A DNA stretch of 45,252 nt from a virus (taxonomy: Duplodnaviria; Caudoviricetes), in the IMG/VR virus record IMGVR_UViG_3300048575_000491, positions 1 through 45,252 of that record; one strand, given 5' to 3'. Positions 36,713 to 44,843 of this stretch are shown piece by piece (position 1 is the stretch's first letter; each line of letters opens with the position of its first letter). The translations under genes were made by a program, and so were the position numbers. The notes beneath the pieces were generated by a model that made no database searches, was not told the DNA's origin, and saw only the letters and a list, made by a program, of their open reading frames with translations.

Positions 36713-37117
36713 CTATCGTGTCAGATCGTTTACCAGCACCGGCTCCCGCCGGCCAACCAAAAACACGCGCCAGCGCCCGTCCGGCCCCTGAATCGGGTCC
36801 GTCATGCAGACGACGCTCTCAAAGAGCGGCTCATCGTCCACCGTGCCCAGGAGCAACCGCCTGCGGCAGCCCTTTTCGAGGTTCGGCCGGGCCTCCTCTT
36901 GGCGCGGCCAGCCGGCCACGGCCAGTGCCTCGCCCAAGGGCAGAAAGCAGTATTTGTGACCGCCCGGCGCATACCACACCCGGTCGACGCGCACCCGGTA
37001 CAGATCGTCCAGGCCCGCGCCGCCCGGGAACAGGCTGGCCGGGTACAGCTCCCCGACCCGGCGGCCCTCGGGGCCTTTGATGGCAATGCGGTAGTACGGC
37101 TGGCGATGCTCGGCCAT
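36713..37117 (-). CDS. Hypothetical protein
   Basis: 134-aa ORF within the operon. Confidence 0.65.
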   Translation of the reverse strand: MAEHRQPYYRIAIKGPEGRRVGELYPASLFPGGAGLDDLYRVRVDRVWYAPGGHKYCFLPLGEALAVAGWPRQEEARPNLEKGCRRRLLLGTVDDEPLFESVVCMTDPIQGPDGRWRVFLVGRREPVLVNDLTR

Positions 37118-37153
37118 TTTGCGTCCCTATGAGCGCAATTTGCGCAAAAAAAT

Positions 37154-37333
37154 CTAGTTCATTCCGATGCGGTAAACGCGAGTAAATGGCCGGAGCCGAC
37201 GAAGCCGGGGATGCCTCTTGAGCGCCGGCAGCCCGTCCAGCGTGTCGGCCATGTCGCGCGCAGATCTCCAGACAAAGCAAAAGAGCCGTGCAAAGCGCAT
37301 CCAGCGGCCCAAAAGACGTACAACATCGCTCAT
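37154..37333 (-). CDS. Possible 59-aa protein (not in ORF track)
   Basis: ATG directly after the Mor-like stop; fills the gap exactly. Confidence 0.3.
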   Translation of the reverse strand: MSDVVRLLGRWMRFARLFCFVWRSARDMADTLDGLPALKRHPRLRRLRPFTRVYRIGMN

Positions 37334-37756
37334 TTACAACAACCAGTGCTGGTCTGCGTCTTGGCCGTCATGGCCGTCGCGCTTGATGTTGCGGACGGTG
37401 CGGGCCGTCACCCCGACAAGCAGGGCCACGGCGTTGCCGGACAATCCTTCGGCCAGCCCCGACCGGATGGCCCTGTGCACCGCTGCCCGATTGCCGGCCA
37501 GCGGCCCCAGGGGGACTTCCTCCCGGCAACCTCCGACACGTCGGGCGATAGCCCGCGCAGCATCCCAGCCGCAGGTCGTCACAAGCCAATGGTCGTCCGT
37601 CAGGTTCTCGGGGCGGGGGAAGTATGCCGGCGCGCCGCCCTTGGCCTCGGCCACGCGGTAGGCGGCCAGCGGCCCGGCCGCGTCGACGATGTCGGCGAGG
37701 ATGCCCGGCCAGTGCAGCCCGTCGGCGTCAAAAGGGCATCGGGCCGGCATGGCCAT
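37334..37756 (-). CDS. Mor/C-family late transcription activator
   Basis: GG..AYFP motif and C-terminal HTH (GLSGNAVALLVGVTARTVRNI); follows gemA. Confidence 0.8.
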   Translation of the reverse strand: MAMPARCPFDADGLHWPGILADIVDAAGPLAAYRVAEAKGGAPAYFPRPENLTDDHWLVTTCGWDAARAIARRVGGCREEVPLGPLAGNRAAVHRAIRSGLAEGLSGNAVALLVGVTARTVRNIKRDGHDGQDADQHWLL

Positions 37757-38216
37757 CTCCCGCCCCGGCCAGCAGGGCGTCCTGATCCAGCTTCTTGACG
37801 CGCTTATCCAGGGCGGCCACCACGGCGCGCAGTTGCTCCGGCTTGGCCCATTCCAGGCGCATCACGCCGGACTGGCGCTTGAGGATGCCCACAGCATAGT
37901 TCCAAGACACATGCCGGCCTTCGCGTTGCCCCAATTCGGCGAGTAACGCGCCGATCTTGGCGATGATGGGCTTGCCGCGAGCTGCGCTGTCCGAGGGCCG
38001 GGCGTCGCCCTTTTTGACGGCCACAAACCCGCGCGAGGCCATGTGCCCGAGCAACTCGTCGAGCTGCTTCAGCGACAATTTGCCCGAGGAGTCCACGCCA
38101 AAGAGGTTGTCGAGCATCATGCGATAGGTGCCGTCATCCAAGCACAGGTCTTTCTTGGCGATATGCACCTTGGCGAGCATGGCCCGGCGGGTGTCGGTGG
38201 ATGTGGCGCGGTTCAT
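37728..38216 (-). CDS. gemA: GemA / Mu gp16 family (DUF1018)
   Basis: LAKVHIAKKDLCLDDGTYR...G..SS..L pattern. Confidence 0.9.
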   Translation of the reverse strand: MNRATSTDTRRAMLAKVHIAKKDLCLDDGTYRMMLDNLFGVDSSGKLSLKQLDELLGHMASRGFVAVKKGDARPSDSAARGKPIIAKIGALLAELGQREGRHVSWNYAVGILKRQSGVMRLEWAKPEQLRAVVAALDKRVKKLDQDALLAGAGDGHAGPMPF

Positions 38217-38446
38217 CAGCGTTTCCCCTTCCCAGCGTTGCGCTTCTGCACCACGAACGCATCGCCAGGGCACACGTGTAGGATGGCCGGGAAAGCGCAA
38301 GTGCGGTCACAGCCAGGGCACACCACATGGTCCGAAAAGGCCCGCGCCAAGTAACGCCCCGGGGCCGCACAGTCTTTGTTGCCGATTTCGGTCATGAAAG
38401 ACTTTGTGCCCTGCGGAAGTTTGCCTTGGAAGCTAAGATACAGCAT
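38216..38446 (-). CDS. Small Cys-containing hypothetical protein
   Basis: AAGGAGG RBS; TGATG coupling to gemA. Confidence 0.6.
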   Translation of the reverse strand: MLYLSFQGKLPQGTKSFMTEIGNKDCAAPGRYLARAFSDHVVCPGCDRTCAFPAILHVCPGDAFVVQKRNAGKGKR

Positions 38447-38612
38447 TGCCGCCTCCTTTATGCCGTTTGGTGGCATGTGCGGTGAGTGCCAGCGTGTACT
38501 TATCAACTGCTCGTCCGTATGCTTCTCGTTTGGATTCCATATCAAGTTTCAATTCCTGGATAGCTTCCAGCTGCGCTTTGTACTTCGGATGTAATATGAC
38601 TACATTTTTCAT
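38433..38612 (-). CDS. 59-aa hypothetical protein, AT-richer
   Basis: MKNVVILHPKY...; starts just after hammerhead C. Confidence 0.55.
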   Translation of the reverse strand: MKNVVILHPKYKAQLEAIQELKLDMESKREAYGRAVDKYTLALTAHATKRHKGGGNAVS

Positions 38613-38622
38613 AGCGTTCCAT

Positions 38623-38682
38623 CGGCTGCTCATCAGGCCCGGGCCGCCACGCCCGGACGACCGCCCCGCAGGGCGGTTTCGC
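38623..38682 (-). ncRNA. Type II hammerhead ribozyme (copy C); predicted cut between 38659 and 38658
   Basis: GC-GAAA-CCGCCC(UGCG)GGGCG-GUC-GUCCGGGC(GUGGCG)GCCCGGGC-CUGAUGA-GC-AGCCG. Confidence 0.88.
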
Positions 38683-38683
38683 G

Positions 38684-38953
38684 CTATTCGGAAGCGCGGC
38701 AGGGGCTGCCGCAATCGACCATGCCGCGCTCAATCTCTTGAGGGGTCAGATGCCGGCCGCACTCCCTGCAAGCCGGCCATCCCTGCCCCTCCAGGGTAGG
38801 CATCGGGCCATGGCCGCACCATTCGCATTCGACATCGCGGCCCATGTCGCCTTGCTGGTTGCCGCACTCGGGGCATTCACTCCAGAACACCTCTCCATCA
38901 CACGTAATGCCCTCGGGCATGGTCGGGACATGCATAGGTTTTTCCTCCTTCAT
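38684..38953 (-). CDS. Zinc-ribbon protein (start may be 38935)
   Basis: CPECG, CEWCG and CRECG motifs. Confidence 0.65.
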   Translation of the reverse strand: MKEEKPMHVPTMPEGITCDGEVFWSECPECGNQQGDMGRDVECEWCGHGPMPTLEGQGWPACRECGRHLTPQEIERGMVDCGSPCRASE

Positions 38954-38969
38954 AGGTCGGTTTCGCAGG

Positions 38970-39167
38970 TTAAACTGTCACTGCATCAATGATGGTCCTG
39001 ACCGTCTCGCCGCCAAGGCCGGCCTTGCGCATGTCTTCGGTGTGTTCTTCCAAAAAGCGCGCCCATGCTTTCATCTCAATTTCACTAAGCCCCATGAGGC
39101 AGCCAAGGCACTCCACATCGGGCTGTGCGCTACATTCGCCATCAATAAAACTATGACAATTCTTCAT
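38970..39167 (-). CDS. Hypothetical protein
   Basis: 65-aa ORF within the operon, Cys-rich N-terminus. Confidence 0.6.
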   Translation of the reverse strand: MKNCHSFIDGECSAQPDVECLGCLMGLSEIEMKAWARFLEEHTEDMRKAGLGGETVRTIIDAVTV

Positions 39168-39176
39168 GGCCGCCCC

Positions 39177-39797
39177 CTACAGCGCCGCCAAATCCAACGG
39201 GATCGAGGCATAACTGCCGTCGTCCTGGCGCTCGTAGGCCCGCAGCAGCTTCTTGCTGCCCACTACCTGCAAGCTGTCGGCAATGGCTTCCATGGCCTCG
39301 CGCCAGCGCGCATCCTTGATGTCGAGGCGGCGCAAGCCCAGGATCGCGCCGGTGTTGACCCGGCCTTCCTTGTCCACGGCGAAGGCTTGGTTGATGATGG
39401 CCTTGATTTCGGCGGGGCTGCCTTGGGTCCATTCGGTCAGACATTCGTCAATGAGTGCCTTGGCCGCCTGCAACTCCACGCCAAAGGTCAGGTGTTCGCT
39501 GATCTGCACCTGTATCTTGTAGCGTCCGTCGAAGCTCATCAACGTAGTGTTGCCCTTGAGACCGCCAAGCTTGGCCCCGTACTTCTCGGCGGCCAAATCA
39601 ACAAAAGCCTGGATGTCGCCCAACGTATTGGCCCGAAACTCCCGCATGGCCGCTTGAACGCCCTTTGCTGATGCCACGATGTTGCGCGTCAGCTCGTCGC
39701 GCAGCTTGTCCACGTCCTTGACGTTGTCCACGGGGATAAGATGCCCCTTGGCGTTTTCCATGTACCCTTCGCGGATGGGGGTTTCATTGGCGATCAC
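39177..39797 (-). CDS. DUF3164 family protein of Mu-like phages
   Basis: GY.ENAKG.L.P...D.LRD, KGN.TL.SFDG and L.AAK.LIDEC patterns. Confidence 0.85.
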   Translation of the reverse strand: MIANETPIREGYMENAKGHLIPVDNVKDVDKLRDELTRNIVASAKGVQAAMREFRANTLGDIQAFVDLAAEKYGAKLGGLKGNTTLMSFDGRYKIQVQISEHLTFGVELQAAKALIDECLTEWTQGSPAEIKAIINQAFAVDKEGRVNTGAILGLRRLDIKDARWREAMEAIADSLQVVGSKKLLRAYERQDDGSYASIPLDLAAL

Positions 39798-39990
39798 AGG
39801 CTTCCTCCTTGCTTTCCCCGGCCGCGACGCCCAGGTCGCACAGGGGCTTATGTTCCAGTTCCTCGGCCCAATCGGCCGCGTCGGTCAGTTCATCCTGGGC
39901 CAGGACGATAATTGCCCGCTGGGATTCGGTCAGACCGTCCAGCCCGTCCAATGCGTTGCGCGCGTTGCGAATCTTGCTGCTGATGCTCAT
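39784..39990 (-). CDS. Hypothetical protein
   Basis: AAGGAG RBS; within the operon. Confidence 0.6.
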   Translation of the reverse strand: MSISSKIRNARNALDGLDGLTESQRAIIVLAQDELTDAADWAEELEHKPLCDLGVAAGESKEEACDRQ

Positions 39991-39993
39991 GGC

Positions 39994-40347
39994 CTACGCT
40001 CCTTTGGCTTCGCGGTTCGCGCAGGCCGGGCATGTCAGGGCCAGCCTCACGAACAAGGGGTTAACGGGGCTAAACGGCCGGCTCTGATGCATCCGGCAAC
40101 TCTCCACGTTGATCTCTCCAAGCACCGGGCACTTGACCCAGCTCACCATCAACACCTCGCGCACCCGGCGCTCCATGGCCGCCGTGTCGCCGTAGCTGTT
40201 GCCCAGCACCCGGCACACGGCCGCCGGGGACACCCCAAGCCGCGCGGCCACGGCCCGGCCCGACTCGGCGTCGCAGGCCCCGGCCAGCGCCGCCAGCCAA
40301 TCCGGCATGTCGCCCCAGGCAGCCGACGCCTTACTGACGGCGCTCAT
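39994..40347 (-). CDS. HTH plus Cys-rich protein of the Mu-like early region
   Basis: VAARLGVSPAAV..VL...Y, CPVLGEI...C...C..C; ATGA coupling. Confidence 0.8.
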   Translation of the reverse strand: MSAVSKASAAWGDMPDWLAALAGACDAESGRAVAARLGVSPAAVCRVLGNSYGDTAAMERRVREVLMVSWVKCPVLGEINVESCRMHQSRPFSPVNPLFVRLALTCPACANREAKGA

Positions 40348-40946
40348 CGGGCCTTCTCCTCGACGGGTTCGCTTTCGGCCGTGATCTCGCCCGTGTTCGG
40401 GTCCAGGAGCCGGCGCACCCGCTGCACCAGGGGCGCGCGCGGCCCATGGCGCATGGCCGGGACGGCCAGATACCGGCCCGGCGACGTGACGCGCAGATAG
40501 CCGCCCTTGGTGAGCCAGCGGCAATAGTAGAGGGCTTCTTGGGACGCGATAGGCGCTTCGGGCAGGCTTGCGGCGGCGACCAAGTCGCGTACCGAGAATT
40601 CTTTGAGGATGCCCATCACCCGCCACATCCGTTGCCGGCCTGGAGCGGGCAGCAAGGTGCCGTCCTTGCGCACACGCGGCGCTTCCAGGGAGATGGAGAC
40701 GCCGACGACGGTGTATTCGGCGCGGGGGAAGCTTCCGGCGTTGCCCTGCGGGGCCGGGCGCTCGCCCGACCGGACCACGATGCCTGCCTTGACCAGCGCC
40801 TTGACGTAATCTTCAATGGTCCCGCGCGATACCCGCGTACGTTTAACCAGATCATCCACGGTAAACGTCTTGTCTTCGCGCATGGCGTCCCAAGCCAAAT
40901 CCCGCGCCGTCAGGCCCGGGGGCACATTGTTGGCTTGGCGGCTCAT
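40344..40946 (-). CDS. Tandem winged-helix early protein
   Basis: Two W..MR/MG...F...DL...Y...L...G repeats and GPRAP; ATGA coupling to MuB. Confidence 0.8.
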   Translation of the reverse strand: MSRQANNVPPGLTARDLAWDAMREDKTFTVDDLVKRTRVSRGTIEDYVKALVKAGIVVRSGERPAPQGNAGSFPRAEYTVVGVSISLEAPRVRKDGTLLPAPGRQRMWRVMGILKEFSVRDLVAAASLPEAPIASQEALYYCRWLTKGGYLRVTSPGRYLAVPAMRHGPRAPLVQRVRRLLDPNTGEITAESEPVEEKAR

Positions 40947-41701
40947 CGAAGCCCCCGGCGCATCGGGGCTTCGCCCGTAAACAGGGTCCGATTGCCCCAG
41001 GCGGCCCGATCCACGACGTCCAGACCATCGCCCAAGGCTTCGGCCTGGATGCGTTCCAGGTTCACGCAGATGCGGCGCACCGACCCTTTGGCCGCTTCGA
41101 CCACCAGGGCCAGCAGATCGTCGGCCACCTGGACGCGGTCGCAATACATGGCCCGCAAAGCCGACGCGTCGGCCATGTCGGCCGCCTGGGCCTGCACCCA
41201 GTGCATGACGCGGCCATGCAGGCGTTCCCAGGCTTCGAGCTTGCCCGGGAGCCGTTCCTCGCCGATCATGAGGATGGGCGCGCGGGAGCTTTCGTAGAGG
41301 TCTTTGACGATCTCGACCGCGTTCTTGTCCACGAGGTAGTCCATCTCATCGACGATGAGCGGCCGGCCGGCGGCCAACACACCGGCGGCTTGGTCCACCA
41401 TGCCGTAGATGGTCCGGGCCGGCTCCTTGGCCGCCTTGGGACGGATGTCCATGGTGTGCAGGATGGCCTGGAGGAACGCCTTTTTGGTCCAGGTGGACCG
41501 ACATTCCACGTAGTAGGCATCCGTCCGGGTGGCCACATAGGCGGCGGCCGTCGACTTGCCGTAGCCTGACGGCCCATACATGCACACGATGCCGGGCAGA
41601 TGGGCCGGGCGGTTGCTGGCCGCCTGCAAGGCCTCCAGGCACAGTCGCACGTTGAGCAACGGCGCTGTGCCGCCATTGACAGTTGATCCGAGTTGCGCCA
41701 C
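40943..41701 (-). CDS. MuB-like AAA transposition ATPase
   Basis: Walker A GPSGYGKS and Walker B LIVDEMD; follows the transposase. Confidence 0.93.
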   Translation of the reverse strand: MAQLGSTVNGGTAPLLNVRLCLEALQAASNRPAHLPGIVCMYGPSGYGKSTAAAYVATRTDAYYVECRSTWTKKAFLQAILHTMDIRPKAAKEPARTIYGMVDQAAGVLAAGRPLIVDEMDYLVDKNAVEIVKDLYESSRAPILMIGEERLPGKLEAWERLHGRVMHWVQAQAADMADASALRAMYCDRVQVADDLLALVVEAAKGSVRRICVNLERIQAEALGDGLDVVDRAAWGNRTLFTGEAPMRRGLR

Positions 41702-41764
41702 GTTTCTGTCTCCCTGTTTTGGTCCATTGGAGGCCTGCCGTTGCAGCGGCGGGCCTTCGCTTTT

Positions 41765-43954
41765 CTACTGGCCGGCTTCGGCAAGCTGCGGGAACAGCTC
41801 CCGCATCTGCCGCTCGGCCAGAAATTTCGGCGTCGTTTGGTAGCCTTCCCACCACTTCCGATCCTTTTCGGGCACGTCCTGGCCGGCTTTGATGGCCGCG
41901 TCGACGGCCAACCAACGGTTATAGCGCTGGCGCTCGATGTGGGCCTCGGGCATCGCATGGACGGTGGCCCGCTCCCTGGCCATGTCCTCGGCCAGGGTGG
42001 CCCGGGCGGCCAGATCGGTGGCCGTAGGCTCCTTGGGCGTCGGCGCGTCGCAGGCCCGGGCGGCAATGCCGGCCTCTTTGAGCATCGGCGTCTCGTGGGG
42101 GGTGGTTGGGCTGGGCAGGACAGAAAGCTTGCCGGCCTTGGTCGCGGCGTCGTGGATGATCTCCCGGGCCACGTCCTTGGTGCCCATGCGGCGGGAGGCC
42201 TTGCGCAGGGCGGCCGTCTCCTCGGCCACGGCCGCGCGCTGCATGGCCTTGGCCGCCGCCGCGATTTCTTGGCGGGAGATGCCCGTGGTTTCGGGATCAA
42301 CGGCCCGGCAGAGGTAGGCCAACGCGCCGTCTTCGGCCTCGGCAAACACGTAGACCGCGCCCACGTCCGCCTCATCCAACAGCACTTTGACCCGCTGGCC
42401 GATGATCGGCCCCAGCTCGGCATTAATGTGCCAACGGCCATCGATTTTCAGGCCCTTTTTACGCACCACGCGCCAGGAATCGCCATCAGCAGGCGGCGAA
42501 AGCAGCACGTCCAGGGCGCGGGGATCGAGGGCGGCCACGGGCAAGCGCCATTCGGTGGCCATCTGCCAGGGCGACTTGCCGTTTAGGCCCTCATGGGGGT
42601 CGTGAGCGTAAATATCCGTCGCCCACTTGTCGCAAAAGGTCTGGAAATCTTCGGGGGCCATGTCGAGCTTGACCGACTCGCCGGCCGTGCCCAGGCGCTG
42701 GGCAAAGGATTTGCGCGCCTCAATGTCCTTGCGGCCAGCCACGTCATGACCAATGTAACCGCCCAAAAGTTCTACGATGTCGCGGCAGAATGTTCCGAAA
42801 GACCGTTCGATGTGCGGCTTGAATTCGGGGGTAAACGGCGGCGCGATGCGCTGTTCGACGCCCAGGCCGATGAGCGCGTCCTTGATGTGACGCGAGACGT
42901 AGTCCGAGCCGTTATCCGTCACGAGCGTTTCCGGGACGCCCCAGGCCAGCAAGGCCTTGCGCAGGCAGGCGGCCACGGCGGCGGCGCTGGAGCTGCGCGA
43001 GACGTGGTAAACAACCCGGCGCGAGTAAACGTCGATGATGGCCACCACGTTGTGGCGCTTGCCGTCGGCAAGCATCACGTCGCCCTTGGTGGAGTCGATT
43101 TCCCAAAGCTGGTTGAGCCGGACCACGTCGGCCGAGGCCGAGCCGGCAGCCGACTGAAATTTTGATTTCCAGGCGTCGGGATTGGCGATCTTGAGCAGAG
43201 CCGAGGCGTTGGCGTCCTTCCAGGTCTCAACGAAGCGTTGCAGTGCGCGCAGGCTCGGCGTCGCCCCTTCGCCGAAGCGGGCAATCATGCCGCGCCGGAT
43301 GTGCTTGCAGGAGCAGTGCGGGTGATCGGCCAGCATGGCGCGGACAAAATCCACGATCTCCGGCCGCGAGGCCAAGCCCGACCCGCGCCGGTGGCCGTAG
43401 TTCCCGGCCAGGGCGGCGATGCCGGCCACTCGGAGCTTCTTTTGCCAGTTGTGCAGGCTGTTGGCACAGGTGTCAGGGATCAACTCGCGAACAAAGGCCT
43501 CGACCTCGATTTCTCCGGCGTTGTAGGCCTCGGCGAACAGGGTCCGGCCCGTGGTGGGCGGCTTTCCAGTGGCGGCAAGGTAGGATTCGAGCGCCGCCAC
43601 AAGGGATGCCCGAGCTTCGGCGCGGGTCCTGGCCGTGTCATTAAGGCAGACGAGACGGGCAAGCCCGGCCTGCCGCGCCGCATGGGAGGCGCGGGTGGCA
43701 ATGTCTTCGGAGAGCTTGACCTTGAGGCCTTCGCGCCGCCCGGCCGTCGCAGCTTCCGAGGCGGCCACGCGGCCCAAGGCCTCGCGGACGTCCGGCGACA
43801 GGCCGGCAAGGTGGTAAAGGCGACATTTACCGCCACGACCTGGAGAAGGGACTTCCTCAAAAGGCCAAGCCTCTTTCCCTGCCCGGATTTCAACCCGTTG
43901 CCTGGAGATGCCCAGAGCCTTCTTGAGGTCTTTTATCGAAACCCTGTCTTCCAT
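41765..43954 (-). CDS. MuA-like DDE transposase
   Basis: N-terminal Mu-type HTH and the WEIDST, TDNGSDY, KPHIERSF catalytic DDE motifs. Confidence 0.95.
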   Translation of the reverse strand: MEDRVSIKDLKKALGISRQRVEIRAGKEAWPFEEVPSPGRGGKCRLYHLAGLSPDVREALGRVAASEAATAGRREGLKVKLSEDIATRASHAARQAGLARLVCLNDTARTRAEARASLVAALESYLAATGKPPTTGRTLFAEAYNAGEIEVEAFVRELIPDTCANSLHNWQKKLRVAGIAALAGNYGHRRGSGLASRPEIVDFVRAMLADHPHCSCKHIRRGMIARFGEGATPSLRALQRFVETWKDANASALLKIANPDAWKSKFQSAAGSASADVVRLNQLWEIDSTKGDVMLADGKRHNVVAIIDVYSRRVVYHVSRSSSAAAVAACLRKALLAWGVPETLVTDNGSDYVSRHIKDALIGLGVEQRIAPPFTPEFKPHIERSFGTFCRDIVELLGGYIGHDVAGRKDIEARKSFAQRLGTAGESVKLDMAPEDFQTFCDKWATDIYAHDPHEGLNGKSPWQMATEWRLPVAALDPRALDVLLSPPADGDSWRVVRKKGLKIDGRWHINAELGPIIGQRVKVLLDEADVGAVYVFAEAEDGALAYLCRAVDPETTGISRQEIAAAAKAMQRAAVAEETAALRKASRRMGTKDVAREIIHDAATKAGKLSVLPSPTTPHETPMLKEAGIAARACDAPTPKEPTATDLAARATLAEDMARERATVHAMPEAHIERQRYNRWLAVDAAIKAGQDVPEKDRKWWEGYQTTPKFLAERQMRELFPQLAEAGQ

Positions 43955-43973
43955 CGCCGTTACCGCTCTTTTA

Positions 43974-44036
43974 TTGGCTGCTCATCAGGCCGGACGCGCC
44001 ACCGTCCGACGACCGCCCCGCAAGGCGGTTTCGCAG
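43974..44036 (-). ncRNA. Type II hammerhead ribozyme (copy A); predicted cut between 44011 and 44010
   Basis: CUGC-GAAA-CCGCCU(UGCG)GGGCG-GUC-GUCGGACG(GUGGCG)CGUCCGGC-CUGAUGA-GCAG-CCAA. Confidence 0.92.
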
Positions 44037-44037
44037 G

Positions 44038-44319
44038 TTAAACCGCTTCAATTTCCATCTCGGCTACAAGTTCCCGCGCCTTATCCAAGCGACGCAACCT
44101 ATCAGTCACGCCAGAGTGACGAGTTGCGTTAACGACCTCAATCAAGTAGTTGTCATGACAATCTACAAGTACTCTGTAACGAGTAATCTGCTTATGTTGA
44201 ATGTCTATCCTTGCTACCATCTCTTGCACGACACGCCGGGGGAGCGTCACAAATGGAGACTCTTTGCTGACAACTTCTCGGACAATAGATAACGATACAT
44301 CCGTAATTGGCTTGTCCAT
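44038..44319 (-). CDS. Hypothetical protein flanked by two hammerheads, AT-richer
   Basis: AAAGGAG RBS; 93-aa ORF. Confidence 0.7.
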   Translation of the reverse strand: MDKPITDVSLSIVREVVSKESPFVTLPRRVVQEMVARIDIQHKQITRYRVLVDCHDNYLIEVVNATRHSGVTDRLRRLDKARELVAEMEIEAV

Positions 44320-44330
44320 ACAACACTCCT

Positions 44331-44394
44331 TTGGCTGCTCATCAGGCCGGACGCGCCACCGTCCGACGACCGCCCAAGCAGGACGGTTTCGCAG
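44331..44394 (-). ncRNA. Type II hammerhead ribozyme (copy B); predicted cut between 44368 and 44367
   Basis: CUGC-GAAA-CCGUCC(UGCUU)GGGCG-GUC-GUCGGACG(GUGGCG)CGUCCGGC-CUGAUGA-GCAG-CCAA. Confidence 0.92.
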
Positions 44395-44397
44395 GGG

Positions 44398-44640
44398 CTA
44401 TTTCGTCAGCTCTGCCTTGAGGAGCTTCGAAAATTCGAATACTATTTCAATCTTATCCTTGTTCCCACTTGTGAAGAATCCAGGAATAAGTCTTGTTTTA
44501 TTGTCGTACGCTAGAGTTGATAAAGCGTTCACGGCCTCTTTAAGCGTAGCTTTGTCGCCGGCAGCCAGAGGCAGAGCGCCAACCGGCATCGTTTTGCCAA
44601 TTCCAATTTTGCCAGTAGCCCAGCAGTACGCGACAGCCAT
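44398..44640 (-). CDS. Conserved Mu-like early protein
   Basis: AYCWATGKI.IG...P.GAL...A...YD...LIPG pattern; TGATG coupling. Confidence 0.7.
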   Translation of the reverse strand: MAVAYCWATGKIGIGKTMPVGALPLAAGDKATLKEAVNALSTLAYDNKTRLIPGFFTSGNKDKIEIVFEFSKLLKAELTK

Positions 44641-44843
44641 CACGCAGCCTCCTTCTTCCCTTCTCCCAAAAACTTCACCGGACACCCTTGCCCAAGCAGC
44701 CACTCGCGGACCTTTGGCGCTTTCTTGCGGCCGGCCAAGTAGTGGCTGACGTAAGACTTGCTCACGCCAACGTTGTCAGCCACGTCCTGGACACGGATGT
44801 CCTTGTCGAGCATCCAACGCTTGATGTCCTTCTTACGCACCAT
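44640..44843 (-). CDS. Ner/Cro-like HTH regulator
   Basis: VQDVADNVGVSKSYVSHYLAG. Confidence 0.8.
   Translation of the reverse strand: MVRKKDIKRWMLDKDIRVQDVADNVGVSKSYVSHYLAGRKKAPKVREWLLGQGCPVKFLGEGKKEAA

Noticed and set aside
38211-38228. Additional hammerhead at GAAACGCTGATGA
   Set aside because: No room for stems III and I; this is the TGATG stop/start junction of gemA.
12964-44041. Long + strand ORFs (e.g. 16819-18363, 26040-27491, 27559-29049)
   Set aside because: They are antisense shadows of high-GC minus-strand phage genes and have no recognisable motifs.
43974-44394. REP/IS ends or terminators as the explanation of the repeats
   Set aside because: There are no U-tracts or terminal inverted repeats, and the invariant positions match the hammerhead catalytic core.
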